From Dipteris shenzhenensis (taxonomy: Eukaryota): a stretch of 64,000 nucleotides of DNA. The position numbers and the translations under genes are program-made. This document shows, one piece after another, positions 26,645 through 40,000 of this stretch. The stretch lies in NCBI GenBank assembly GCA_047967505.1, contig CM106538.1, one strand, 5' to 3'. How positions within the stretch are numbered: position 1 is the first letter of the stretch; each line of letters opens with the position of its first letter. Under the pieces are notes generated by a model. It searched no databases and was not told the DNA's origin. It worked only from the letters and a program-made list of their open reading frames with translations.

Positions 26645-27010
26645 GTTATTATGATTCTTGCTTAAGGAAATCCCATAGCCTTGGAACTTTTGGAGGTAGG
26701 GATCATTGAGTATGTAGGGCCAAAAGAGAAGTTGGGTTGTATGATTCAATTCATGACCTCAAAAGGCTTGAGGATAAATTTTTGGTCCAAACTCTTGAGT
26801 CCTAATGAGCTACATCCCTTGCATATGTTTGTGATTGTAGCATCGTTCATACCATTTTCCAATTATTATCATAGCACTATGGTGATGAACAAATCTCAAA
26901 AGCATGGAAAACAAGCCATAGGATACTATATCAATTGATTGAATGCAATATTTGATAGATTTAGCTGGCATTTGTTCTACCCCCAAAAGGCTTTAGTAAG
27001 TATCAGCGTT
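26645..27010 (+). pseudogene. NRPD2: RNA polymerase IV/V second-largest subunit (NRPD2/NRPE2-like) fragment
   Basis: LLEVGIIEYVGPKEKLGC...ELHPLHMFVIVASFIPFSNYYH...SQKHGKQAIGYY...FDRFSWHLFYPQKALV. The SQKH..QAIG motif is NRPD2/E2-like, whereas RPB2 has QSAMGKQAMG. Stops and frameshifts are present. Confidence 0.78.
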
Positions 27011-28244
27011 GCATCCTAACTAGATGCATGATGTGATGCATGGCAATGCAACATGATATGGTGCATGACAATGCTACATTACAGATGTACAATCAATTTC
27101 CAAGCAAATTTTAGGAAATCAGTCTCACAAGGCTAAAAATTAGAGACAAAATTTGACTTTATTATATCATCATAAACAAATCTATGTACAAAGAATTTGT
27201 ATATATAAAGAATTTATAGTACAAAGAGCTTGTATGTATGAAGAATTAGATTATATAAATAATTTTGTCTTCTATTACTACTATGCAAGCTTTAGAGCAG
27301 GTTCATCTCTTCAATGGGCCACATAGCCAACTCCACATCACAACCAGATAATTAGAGTTCATGCATTTCATCTTCAGGTGTAAGCCTATCCGATGGGTTT
27401 TCTGCCATCATCTTATGACCAATGTGTAAGACAATGGAGTACAAAAGTGATAAGTCAGGATGCAAAGACTCAATTTGAAATATTTACGAGCATTAAATAA
27501 AGATTGCACATTTCAATGATAATACAACTAGGGGATAAAGATGTCATATTGTTCATGTAGTGCAAAAACTAAGAACTCTAGTGCAAGCCATTGTTTTCAA
27601 GCATGGTCTTGCTTGCACTAGAAAATCTGTTGTGCCTAGTCCTCATTATTGTTATCCTATAGTGTCTTCATTTTTGAAGCCTTTTTACGCTCCTCTAAAT
27701 ATATTGTGCCATTTGCCAATCAATGATACCATGCAAAATGCACCATTTGAAGTAAAATTGAGCAAGATGTTGCTAGGGTATAAGCTTGTATGAAACAACT
27801 GGGCCTGGATGCAAGTGTGCTAGTCCAACAAAGAGAGCATGGATCAAATGGTGCACATTGGCACAAAAAATGCTGATTCTTTTCCCCATGCTTCCTCCTT
27901 TCGTTACATCCTCTAGCTTGTTGTAATAGGTAGAGATTTATTCTGAAATCTACCTACTGAAATAAACAAAGTATCATTGAGAAACACAGTGCGAACTTCT
28001 AAAAAATAACATTCCATTTTTAAACTCATTGCAAACAGATCATAGTGAATAATACTATTGTATATTCATTCCATTACTACTTAGAATTCAGTATAACATA
28101 TAGGAAGTATAGACAAATCTAGACAAAACATAGTCCTGCATGTTGAAACGCTTTCGCATTCAGAACGTCTGAACAATGTCAAAACAGAGAATGCCTATTC
28201 CATCCACATGACAATTCTAACTACTAGCACATGCGCTTCACAAG

Positions 28245-31200
28245 TGGTTGCTCATAACTACCCTACTAAGGTTTATTATATGCCTATTATTACTATGGAA
28301 AGAGAAATAGCCTACGAGTATGTCCAAGTGGTATTTGAGTGATATTTGTTCCTAGTGGCACACCCAATGGAACAATTATTTTTGTTCAGCAAAAATCATC
28401 GAGACTTGGACCCACTTAAGTGTTTGTTTCAGTAATTTTTAGTATCCGTATCTACTTGTAAAGGAACTGGTTGATCATTTTCATAATCACCACCATCATC
28501 TTCATCTTAAATTTGGTCAAGCTACTCCTCTAGTTTTTCTGGAACAACATGCATATCAGCGTACTCATACTTCTCTGGTTTTTTTTTGGAAAACATGCAT
28601 ATCAACATACTCTATATCTTTAGCCTTTTCGTCCCTTGCATCAGTCATGGTCTTCAAGGCTTGTATCATATCTTCTATTTGCAATCCTTCTTCCTGCAAC
28701 TAACTTTGCTGCAACCCTTAACTGCTACCTACATCCGTCATTTTTGCTTCAATATTTAGGTACCTATGTAGACAATAACTTGGAAAAAATTTATGTTGGG
28801 TTACTATGTTGAGTCGATGCCGCCAGTGGTTTTTGTTGAAACTGCATAAGTTGTGCTATAATTCTTGAATTCTCTATTCCTGTTCTTGAACTTTTTCTTT
28901 TAAAGCATTAGTTGTATACTCCTCTGAAGCAAAAGCTTCATGGGGTATTTGAGCCCAAATCAACAACCTTTGTTTGAAATTGTCCCATGCACTCTGAGAT
29001 ATAGTGACAAGTTCTATTTTCACATTATCCATCGCATCAATTGTCATAAATATTCCTTCATCAGTGTCTTCTAAAATTTCTTTCAGCTCCTGCTCCAAAT
29101 ACTTCGATGATTCCATTCTTTCTTGCACCAATAGGCTATGTGTCTGCAGCTTTGTATTGCATTTGGATACTACTTCTAAAGTGGTAAAAAATTGATCTTG
29201 CATCCCCATTAGCCACTTACTCATCACAGTAGGCAAACATGCATGTTGTCTCTCTAGCTGGTCTATTAATTTTTTCTCAGCATCCTCATTCTATTCCCTA
29301 TAGCTTTGAAACCTGTTCTGCAATTGTAATAGCTCTTGCTTTACCATTTGTACTTCATGATTGTCTTGCATCTGCTGCAACAATATCTTATTCTATGCTT
29401 ACAAATCCAAAATTTCACTTACTGACTGAATTGTCTGCATTTGACTAGCATAAGCATTCAAAACATCAATTGCTCTAGTAAATTACTGAAAGAGATTCCT
29501 TACTTGCAAGTGCTGTTCCCATTTCTCCTCCACTTCTTGTAAACTACTCCTGAGTTGCTACTACCAATCTTTTCTTCAAATCAATTACTGCTCCCTTCTT
29601 CATCAAAATATTTGATTTTGATTTTGTTGTTATTGCTCCTTGAGGACCACTTTTTCCTTACTCATCACAATCGGCATACTCCACAGAGCTGTGGACAATG
29701 ATTTACCTATAGCCATCTCTACCAATTGCTAGTATGTATACTTCACATTGACCAAGTCATTTTTCTATACTACATGACCAAATAGTGCTGTAAGGTATGG
29801 TACAATTCTTGAGAATTGGTTTGGAGTGTGCGACTGCTTCCCAGAAATTTCCTGTAGTAACTTTGTGCACAACAGTGTTGCCCATGACACTTTTTCTCCT
29901 TGTTTCATAGCTAAGAGGTAGGCATAGTTTTCCTTCACCATTTAGTCATTGAGAATAAGTACAATATTTTTTTCTACAAACCAAGCTAAATGATATTTCT
30001 TGATTGGATCACACACCTTGCTAATCATGCAATAATTCTTGGATGAGTACGGGTTAACAAAATCTGCCATCATGACTTCATTCAAACATTTATCAAATTG
30101 AACATCTTGTGGGTAATATGGTAAGCAAAACACATTAGCAACCAACTCCGATGTAATTCTTACTCCCATGGCAATCTCACCACCTGTTCTCGGTAGCACT
30201 TGAAATCGACTCAAAACATCGGGATTGTCTTTCCACAACACCCACAGGGTAAACAAGCGAACTCATAGAGCTTAATAATTTTTAGCCATGACTTATGCAA
30301 CCCCAAATTGAGAGATACCTTTGACGCTTGAAACAATGGTGGACTTGGTGCTTCTTCACCAGTGGATCAAATTCAATCATTGAATCTTCCAAAAGATCTT
30401 GAACATCGACATACTCGTGGCTTTATCTCCCTCTGTGTCCTCTTACTACGATGATTTGATGCACCTCTTGGTATTTGACCCATCTCCTTGCTGGTTGCGA
30501 TTGAAAGCCAATCGAGTTCGGGACATGACAATGCAAACTCCATACCTTGATCAAGATTGCCACTTGCCAAGGACATTATCTGACACAAAAAATAGTGAGC
30601 AACAGTTCTAGGAAAGCCTTCAGTAAACTAGAACTGCAAGCGGTTGGAAGAGTACGATTCCACACATGCAAACTGCCACTCAACTAGTATTTTATATTGA
30701 TATGTCGTTTGAAGTAGTGGTTGAGTTGATCGAATTGACTGAACCGACTGGTGAATGATACTCCCGACCTCAAACACAAAATTACCTCCTTAACATAGAA
30801 TAGTTGTGTCATGCACTTCATGGTTATAGAGGTATACAACAATTTTGATTTGCACAAAGTTCCCTACCTTTTGCATGCTTGACAAATCTCTAGGAGTATG
30901 GACTTGAGGATTTGGATCCTCGGGTACCCTTTGTAATTCCGCATTCAAATTTTGCAAAACTTCAAAATTTCAGACTTTTAAATGGTTTCCTTCCAAGTTG
31001 GCAAATAGTTATTGCACATAGCATTGCCAGTCCACACTGCTCCTTCTCTTATAGCATTTATGGACAATGTTGGTGCATGATACGGCTTCAACCAATAACA
31101 TGTCATTCCTTGACTCTGGAGTTGCTGTTGTCAAGGCTGAGTTTGTTGCACGGAGCGACTGTTGAAGATGTTGCTGGCTCGATGGAAATGCTTGGCTGTA

Positions 31201-34200
31201 GGAAGCTTTGTGGAGGAGCTGTCTTGTAGAGAACTCTACAAGAGACAACTCTATCAGGCACTCTCTCTCTCCCTCAAAGGCTCAAAAGTACTTAGAGAAA
31301 GTACAAATCTCTCTTTCTCATAGATTCAAAATTAGAAACCTCCCAGTTTTTTCTTTCTCACATATTCACCGGTTTTGGAACTGCATTGCCATATATATCC
31401 TCCAATCTGAATGTTCCTTCTCCCAACACCTCCATAGTTTTGTAAGGACCATCATATCTCAACTTAAGTTTGCCTAGATGAGGACCTAATTTAGAATTAA
31501 AAATCAACACTAGATCTCCTTTCTGAAACACTTTAAACTTAATATTCCTGTTTACCCATGCTTGCCTTCTCTTTTGGATCACATATGAAATATAGGAGCT
31601 CACAACCATGTCTTCCTCCAACTTCAACAATTGCTGAATCCTATGATTAATTGATTCCTCTAATGACAATCTATTCTTAGCTGCTATTTGGAGAAAAGGT
31701 ACAATAAACTCCATTGGGACTATAGTTTCACACCCATAAACAAGGCAAAATGGTGTCATTCTACTAGTTACCTTATAGGCTATCCAAAATGCCCATAAAG
31801 CTGAATGTAGTTTCTAGTTTCAATCAATTCTATTTTCTAAAACTATTCTTTTGAGAATCTTCTTGAATGTTTTATTAGAATTCTTAGTGTGGCCATTGGC
31901 TTGTGGATAATATGTGGTTGACGTCTTATGCACAATCATGTGTGTGTTTGTTAACTTCTTCATAACTTTGTTCATAAAATGAACCCCTTGGTCAGACACT
32001 ATCTCTATTGGATAGCCAAACCTGGTTATGATGTTGTGATAAATGAACTTAGCCATGCTAGCTACTGTGTTATCCCACAAAGCAAATGCCTCTACCCACT
32101 TCATGCAGTAGTAGTCGCGGTAGCTGCTAAGACATAATTATTGCCAATATACCTAGCAAGAGCTTTAATCAAACTCATGAAATCAAGTACCCATTTTTGG
32201 AACAGACCCAAAGGTAAGATAGGCTGATGTGGCATCCAATCTGCACCTATTGGCCTGCCATCTCTTTAACATGGTAAATAGGTTTTAGCAAATTCATGAG
32301 CATCTTTCAACAATGTAGGCCACCACAAACCTGCCTGAAGTATCGTCTTCCTAGTAATATCACCAAAAAAGTGACCTCCTAAATTTCCAGCATGTTCTTC
32401 CATCAACACTACGTTCCTCTCATAATCTAGAGCATATCTTCAGATAATTTGATCAATACCTCTTCTATACAAAACTCTAGCTATCATAAAAAATGGTTTG
32501 CTTTGCAATAAAAATTTCTTTTTTTGATCTCATGACAATGATTGAGGTACTATCCCAACTATTAGAAAAAGAAGCATTCTATCATAACTCCTTATTTGAT
32601 TATAGCCACAAAAACCATCAAGAAAGCTATACATCTCGTGACCAGTCTCATAGCATCAATCATTTTGTTACAGAAAGGTAAGGGAGAAGGATCTGTTATT
32701 GTTGCTACATTTAGTTTTATGTAATCAACACATACTCTGAGCTTACCATTCTTCTTGGGTACTATGATTATAGGTGCAAGCCACGTTACCTTATCCACTG
32801 GGTAAATAAACCCCACCTTGAGTAACTTCTCAATTTCCTCCTTCACCTTCTGAGCATAATTTGGGTCCATTTTGTATCTTTGCTAGATCACTGGGATAGC
32901 ATCCTTCTTTAAGTTGATCCTAAGTTGACAAAAAGATGGATCAACCGCCTTCATGTCAGTATAATTCTAGGAAAATACATCTTTGAATTCCAACAACAAT
33001 TGTTTCAAAGCTTCATGAAAAGTTCCATCCAACAAATCACTAACATGCACTATCTTCGGATCTTAGTTCTGTCCCGAGATTCATCTCTTTGAGGTGATTC
33101 TCCTGAACTCTTGCACACTTTCTTAAGTGGTCTTCAAATGCTATTTCTATTTCAATGACTACTTGAATATCTATTTTGATGTAAAATTCTTCTTTTTCTT
33201 CTTCTTCAAGTCCTACTATTATGAAGTTACTTCATTTGACTTCTGCTCTTTGTGTTTCTTCTATTTCTCTTTCGGATTTTCACCTTCTGATGAATTTGAA
33301 ACTGTAGTAACCTTCATTGATGAAGAACTGTTCACTTCATTTTTTTTATATTGATCTAGTATGCCTTGCACATCCACTTCAAAAATTCGAACCAAGGATG
33401 AATTTCTTTTGAGAAAACACTCTTCCTTATCATCTTCAATTTTGTTCACCATGTTAATTCCTTTAGTTGCCAAGGGTTGAGCACTTTTTGGAACACTCCT
33501 TGTTGGAACCATGGCCATTTTAAAATTCTTCTTTCCCTTTCAAATAGCTACCCTATCAGCCCCCCAATCTTGCTTAATCTTGGCTACTCAAAACCACGGC
33601 CTGCTGCAAGTAGCATGGAATAAGATTTATCATCTCCCTCCATTTGAAGGACAACAAAGCTGACCATAAAAGTTAGACCACAAACTCTAATCTGCTGGTT
33701 TCTTAGTATCCCAAGAGGTTGGACCCTCCTTTGATATGCCATTTTGACATGGAAAGGGACTAGTTCTAACTCATTGAGACAAAAATTTTTATAGAGAGCT
33801 TTTGATAAGATGTTCACACTAGATCCGCCATCCAAAAGGACCTCTGGTATGATCTATGATTTATATTCCACCTGAATTAGTGGGATAGTATAATCCACAT
33901 CTTCAATTTGTGCTGCATTAACTTTGGCCTCAACTTCTCGAGCCTCTACATCATCCCCTTTTGCCTTATGCATTAGGCTCACACCACTGCCCAACAGATT
34001 AGTTAGCAACTATGTTTTGAATTATAGTACCATACTAAGAAGTTGGCCCAATGTAATATTTATCTCGGCCTTCAGTAAACTGTGAAACAATTCCTCATGG
34101 TCCACTCCATCCCCAGCTTTGAGCTTGTTGAGTATTTCACCAATTGGATGACACTCTTTGGAAGGAGTCTTCTCTTTTAAGACATCATCTTCTTGTTTTT

Positions 34201-36930
34201 GTGTTGCTCTTTAGGCATGACAACATCCCTTGTACTCCCTCTTGTCACCTTCCTTTTCTAGTTCCTCATTAATTATTGCTAGCTTAGCACGTTCAGGTTG
34301 GATCTTTTCCTTAGCCATCTGTAATTGTGCATGAATCTTCATTTCTATAGGCTAGGATTGTGAGGTATCTTTCACTCCCCACTTAGCTTCCTTTCCTGCA
34401 TATACCTTATCAAGAGCTTTAAGAACATCTTGTCGAACTTTATTTTGCTCATTCCAATCAATTTGATGCTTACCTTTTCAGGAACAGGCAACTTCTTTTC
34501 ACAACAACCGGGACTGAACCCTTGGATCTTGTGATCGCAAGTGCTTCCAAGATAACTTCTTGCTACATGCAACCCATACAATCACAGAACACTGCAAAGA
34601 TAGACTCCAAATCTTTCTTTCCATGCTCAACCATCTACTTCAATTCCACGGGCATGTCCTTTGAATAGCTTTGTTCCAACTGAACAAGCATAGTATTGGC
34701 TTGGGCTAGTGGTTGATGAGGTTAATTTTGTGTTTGTGATTGAGTTTGGTACTACACAATAGGAATACCCCTCTCATTGCGATGTTTGCACCATAATTCA
34801 CAACCTAGGACTTGCCAATGTCCAGCTTGACCATAATACGTGCAATTCTAAGCATCATTGTTTTGATTCGATTGTTGAGGTTGATTTCCCCAATTTGGAT
34901 ATGGTTGTCTTCTTCCTTGGTTAGTAGCATCATTCACCCCTACTTGGTTGATTGCAGATGGTTGTGTCATTGCTCTAGTTTTTTGCATATGAGGAGGCAA
35001 TCTCCCCCTATAATTCAAATTATAAAACAATTGGTACTCTCATGATTTCTTATAGAATAGAACTCACATTTAGGCTTCTTAGATGAGGCAGTTTCTGACA
35101 CCCCATGCTTTTTAAATGCTGTTTGATCTTCTTCTCTAACTTCTCATCTCTTGAGGAAGATTTCACCTTTTTCTTTGACTTAAGACTCCCTTGGATTTCC
35201 TTTTCTTTGATTGCTTCTTTCTTTTTTGTTTTGTCTTCTTGTCTTCATCATCTAAAACATCTTAATCATCATCATTAGACTTGAAATCCATATCTTCATC
35301 TTCATTGTCTGTGTTAGAGTCCTCATTTGAATCTGTGTCAAAATCAAAATCCTTTGCATCCTTCTTTTTATTTCTCTTGGATTTTCTTTTGGTCATGCCA
35401 AATCTTCGTTTAGCACATTGTGCAGATGCTACCATATATTCAAAGTCATTAGCTCCTGCTAGGGTGTCCCTCCCAACAACAACAGTTCTCAATTTGGTAT
35501 TCAATCCCTTGCAAAATTAATCTCCCAATTGCTCCTGAGTCGGTCTCTGAGCAGCAGCTAGCTTGTGGTTCAAATTATGAAACTTTTGGGCATAGTCTTC
35601 TACCAATAGATCCTTCTATTTCAATTGTTGGAGTTTTTTGAGAATTGCTTCTAGTGTTTTCTCTTGCCGAAACCTTGCTTTAAAGCATCATAACTTGCAA
35701 AGTGATTCATGCCATATTGAATGAACCAACTCATCACCTTGCCCACCAAAGTAGCTACCAACTGTTCCTTCTTCATTGCGGCATCAAGCTGTCCTTTGAA
35801 ACCACTTGCTACCCATCGGGTCTCAAATTGCCCAATGTGGCTATTAGGGCCTTATTTTGTTTTGCCACTGAATTTAATAGAGCAGACTCTAGGGTTCTAC
35901 TTGTTGACTTCAAGGATGATTGGAACAATCAGTCGTACTCTCCTTGGATGGGGTTAGGGTGGAAGTGGGTCATACACCTGCCTTCGAGATCCTATATACA
36001 GTTAAAATGCTGGATGATAACCATAAGTTGCACAAATGAAAGCTTTTGATGGAGACCATGGGTTACGAAGGACTCCTAGATTCTTTGCATCGTGGTATTC
36101 AGAACTGCCACTTGAACTGGTGGAAGGCTCTTCCCCTGATACTGTTGTGAGGAATCCAATCTTCATCCTTTGAACTTCCAGTGGTTTCATTTAAAATTTG
36201 TTGGAATTTGGATGCTTCTCCTACCTCTTCATGACCTTGTGCTGGCTCCCCAGGAACCTCTTTAGAGGTACTTGTCCATCCTCTAGCCTGAGCCCTAGTG
36301 AAGTATGGATGGCCAATACAACGAGGAGATGACTTAGGTTCCACTATGTTTGACATCCGCTACTGATGCCTCCATGAACATTCTATGAAAATTCACTGCT
36401 CCCAAAACTAGAAATTTTGAGCAATGGATTGAGTTCATTATATTGGCCCTAATACTCCACAACAACTTAATCCACAATTTTTCCTTTGACAATTTCATGT
36501 ATCCTCTGCTACAAGTTACAAATCAACTCTTGAAAATGCACAATGGTTGACTGAATTCTCATGTGTGCACCCTTGACAACAAACATTTGCTAGACTGACT
36601 TCAGTGCTTGAACATTGCATTGCAAGATTTTTTGAATTTGTCTCTATAGACTTTGAACACTCTCCTTCTTTGATTTTGGTGGCGCCTCCATATGTTTAAT
36701 AGCATGCACATTGTTTTTCCGATGCTTGCACAGAGAAGCCATGTGTACTCTTCACGCATCTCTCACAATCCAAGTGCCCAATTTGTTTGCAAGATCACCA
36801 GTGTATTTCAAAAATGGAGTGTTATCTTTTAGAAGTGATTGCTCATAACTACCCTACTAAGGTTTATTATATGCCTTCTATTACTTGTGGAAAGAGAATA
36901 GTCTACGAGTATGTCCAAGTGGTATTTGTT
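28245..36930 (-). mobile_element. Decayed Athila-like (non-chromovirus) gypsy element: gag ~35750-34700, protease ~33845-33560, RT start 32870-32595, integrase ~32570-31358, extra 3' ORF ~30400-28450
   Basis: LLDGGSSVNILS (PR), WLAPIIIVPKKNGKLRVCVDY (RT), IVSDQGVHF and YYPQANG (INT), RYDGPYK (GPY/F). A ~90 bp direct repeat lies at 28248-28337 and 36838-36928. Confidence 0.85.
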
Positions 36931-37030
36931 CCCACTTGCCTTTTGCCTTTTCTTTCATCTCTGCTCCTCCCTTCAAGTGTGCCTTTTTCCTTTTCTTTCA
37001 TCTCTAATCCTCCCTTCAAGTGTGCATCAA

Positions 37031-40000
37031 TGTAATGCTTGAACGACCCTTCATGAAATGCTACCCTGTGGAAAAGGTAAAGGCTTCCACTATTGAAGTA
37101 TGGTGTGAAGGTGTAGATGGGCTCTGCTCAAGTCATATCAATACCTTGGATGAGGTTAGTGTTGAGAGTTCATGCTCAACATCATGTGATCATGTGTGCA
37201 TAGCACCATCACGTGATAATATGCACATAGCACTAACCTTATAGAGTGCTATAAAGGAAAGGGTTAGATCCTCTAACCCTCACCCTAAATGGGTTTGTAT
37301 ATATTCTATTTTTAAAACTAAATCTAGTGTACAGTTAGTCATTTGTGGTGTGCTCTCTAGTTGTGCCCTCTCTCCTCATCTCCACTCTTCACCTCTCCCC
37401 TCTTCATATTTTGTCATGGTATCAGAGCTCCCTTGCCTTCTGCTGAGGCATTGCGATTCCTGAGAGTGAGATAGTGATTGAGAAAAAGAGATCTTAGAGT
37501 CCATTTTATCCTTAAGGAGAGAGAGAGAGACAAGTCTATCCTATCCTAGTTTGAGAGAGAAAGGTTACTTTTCGAGTCTTCACCACCTCTTCTTTAGCTC
37601 AGGCCATGCCCATTTCTTTGGCAACTCGGATCTTCCAACTCACATAGCAACTTAGTCAACAAAGCAAACTAGCGGCAATCAGTGAAGTATGAGCTGCTCA
37701 ATAGATAAGGAGACTACTTGAGCGACCCTGCAGCCAGAAAAGCTTGAGCTTCATTTCTGCAAAGGAAACCACCATCTAGATGCTTGCCTTGATTGTAGAA
37801 AGCTACGGATGCACAAGAATTCCTCGCTTCTGGAAGCAGGCCAATCCCTTCTAGCACCGTCTACACAACTCTCCGAATGAGCAGTGATTCGTAGATGACT
37901 TTACCATGGTGGAGGAGAACAGGCACCTTCTTGTAGATGTCCACAAGTTCGACTCCCAGCAATGAAAAGCTGACCAACCTTTGCATAGCGACTTGAGCAT
38001 GAGCTAATCTCCTCCAGCAGAAGGCTCCTTCATGCAAGAGCATAGGTGACTCTCCACTGATGACCAAATAGCAATGACAACCAGCCTCGCTCCAATTCTC
38101 TACATCGCTACCTCTTGTGCCCCCTACAACAAGCTGCAAGCAATTGTCAAACATCCCTCCTAGCGCATAGAGTTGTGCCTATAGCTCACAGGGTCTCTGA
38201 CTGACCAGCGATGCTTCCACCTACTTTGTCGATAGATTTCTCCACACCAACGGTGCTCTAGCCCCCTTGTCTATGCCTCTAGAGCTCACGCGGCTCTAGA
38301 ATCGACCTGCACTTAGTCTCCTACACTAAGCAAATTGCTATCCAGTGGCCCAATCACCACCTACACTTAGCCTCCAAAACGAGCTCAACCGACTATCTCT
38401 CCAAAACGACACAGTGACGGATTATCTCTTCACCATCATCTTCTCCAAGTTGCCATTCCATCGTCGTCTTCCTACTCAGAGTTTCTCTTGCTCTCTGACT
38501 GATATGTTCTAGATAGGAGCTAACTAGGGTTACGTTCATTCAACCCTTGGTTAGGTGGTTTGGTCACAATTGTGACACATGGCACCCTATCTATGACATC
38601 ACTCTAAGTGACACGTCAGCAGCCTCGTGAAGCTGCCATGCCATCAGCCTATCTGCCAGTTGTCACCGACTACCATGTGTCACTCAAAGTCAATCCACCA
38701 CATCAGCATGTGCCATGTCAGCCTTATCTGAGACGTCAATAGGCCACATCATCATTACCACATCATCTGCTGACATCATCATTTGTGCCACCTCAGTCAA
38801 CATTGGACCTCTGTAGGCACGCACAGTGCTCCACAGTCACTGCATGTGACCACTCTTGCCACCTTAGCACAAGCTCTATTGGCACACCTCTTACTAGGCA
38901 CAGTGCCACATCATCACTCTATGTGACCCATAGTGACACATCATCATTGAGCACATTTGCACTCCTTTTGCCCCTCCACCTAGATCAAGTCGTATCTCTT
39001 AATCTAGGAAGAATTTGAGAGCGCTCCAAAAAGGAAAGTCGCTCATTTTTTTGTGCTCTACGTGCTTGTTACATCATGTGCACATTTCGATGCAAGTTAC
39101 ACTCACATTTGAGCCTTGTCGACAAAACCACTTCCTTCATGCACATTTGCCTCTACATCAATGTATCTGACCTAGCACTTAAAAAGAACAGAAGAAAAAG
39201 AATTATTTACTATTCTTTCATTGATTGATGGTTGGTATAGATCTAGATCAGAGTACACTAGATCACCATAGAGGGGATGCTTCGAATTTCCCCAAGTTGG
39301 CAATCTAAGCCATGCTTGAAATTCTCGACTAGTACCTACTTGGAGTCAGTCCATATGCTCACATACGGTTCCACATCATTACATTACTTGAAACCTTATG
39401 TTCATCAGTTCAGTGAGCAGACTTCAGAGAGTACAGAGGCATTACAGATTATTTTAGTGGGCAGATAGCACTTGATTTCACACACACATGCCACCATTGT
39501 AAAGCCTATTTGGCTATCTCACGGCATCGTGCACATCATTTCAGCCTTGTAAAGCCTCTAAGCTATTCTCGGCATCATTTGCCACAAGCCTTGTAATACA
39601 GATCATATTTTATATATTGCAGTTCTATCTTCACCGACGATTCAGAGATTTCACTTGGCATAGTCAGTGTATTTGCAGTTGATTCATATAGAGATTTTCA
39701 CGACACTTGTGAGTACACTTCTTGCACCATGTCTACGACTAGTAACCTCAATTTGGAGGCATTTGCTAAGTTAGACAACTCCAATTACAGTACATTGAAA
39801 TACCGAATGGAGACCATTCTTGTACTTCAAAACAAATGGGAGTATGTCGATGGGTCTACACCTAGACCATTGGATGATCCAGCCACCAATAGCTCTACTC
39901 CATCTGTTGTCACAACACCAGCAATGGGATCTACAGCTACACAAATAGTTTTCGCACCAGTAGTAGATCCTGCCATTGCCCGAGCTCAGGCAGAATGGGA

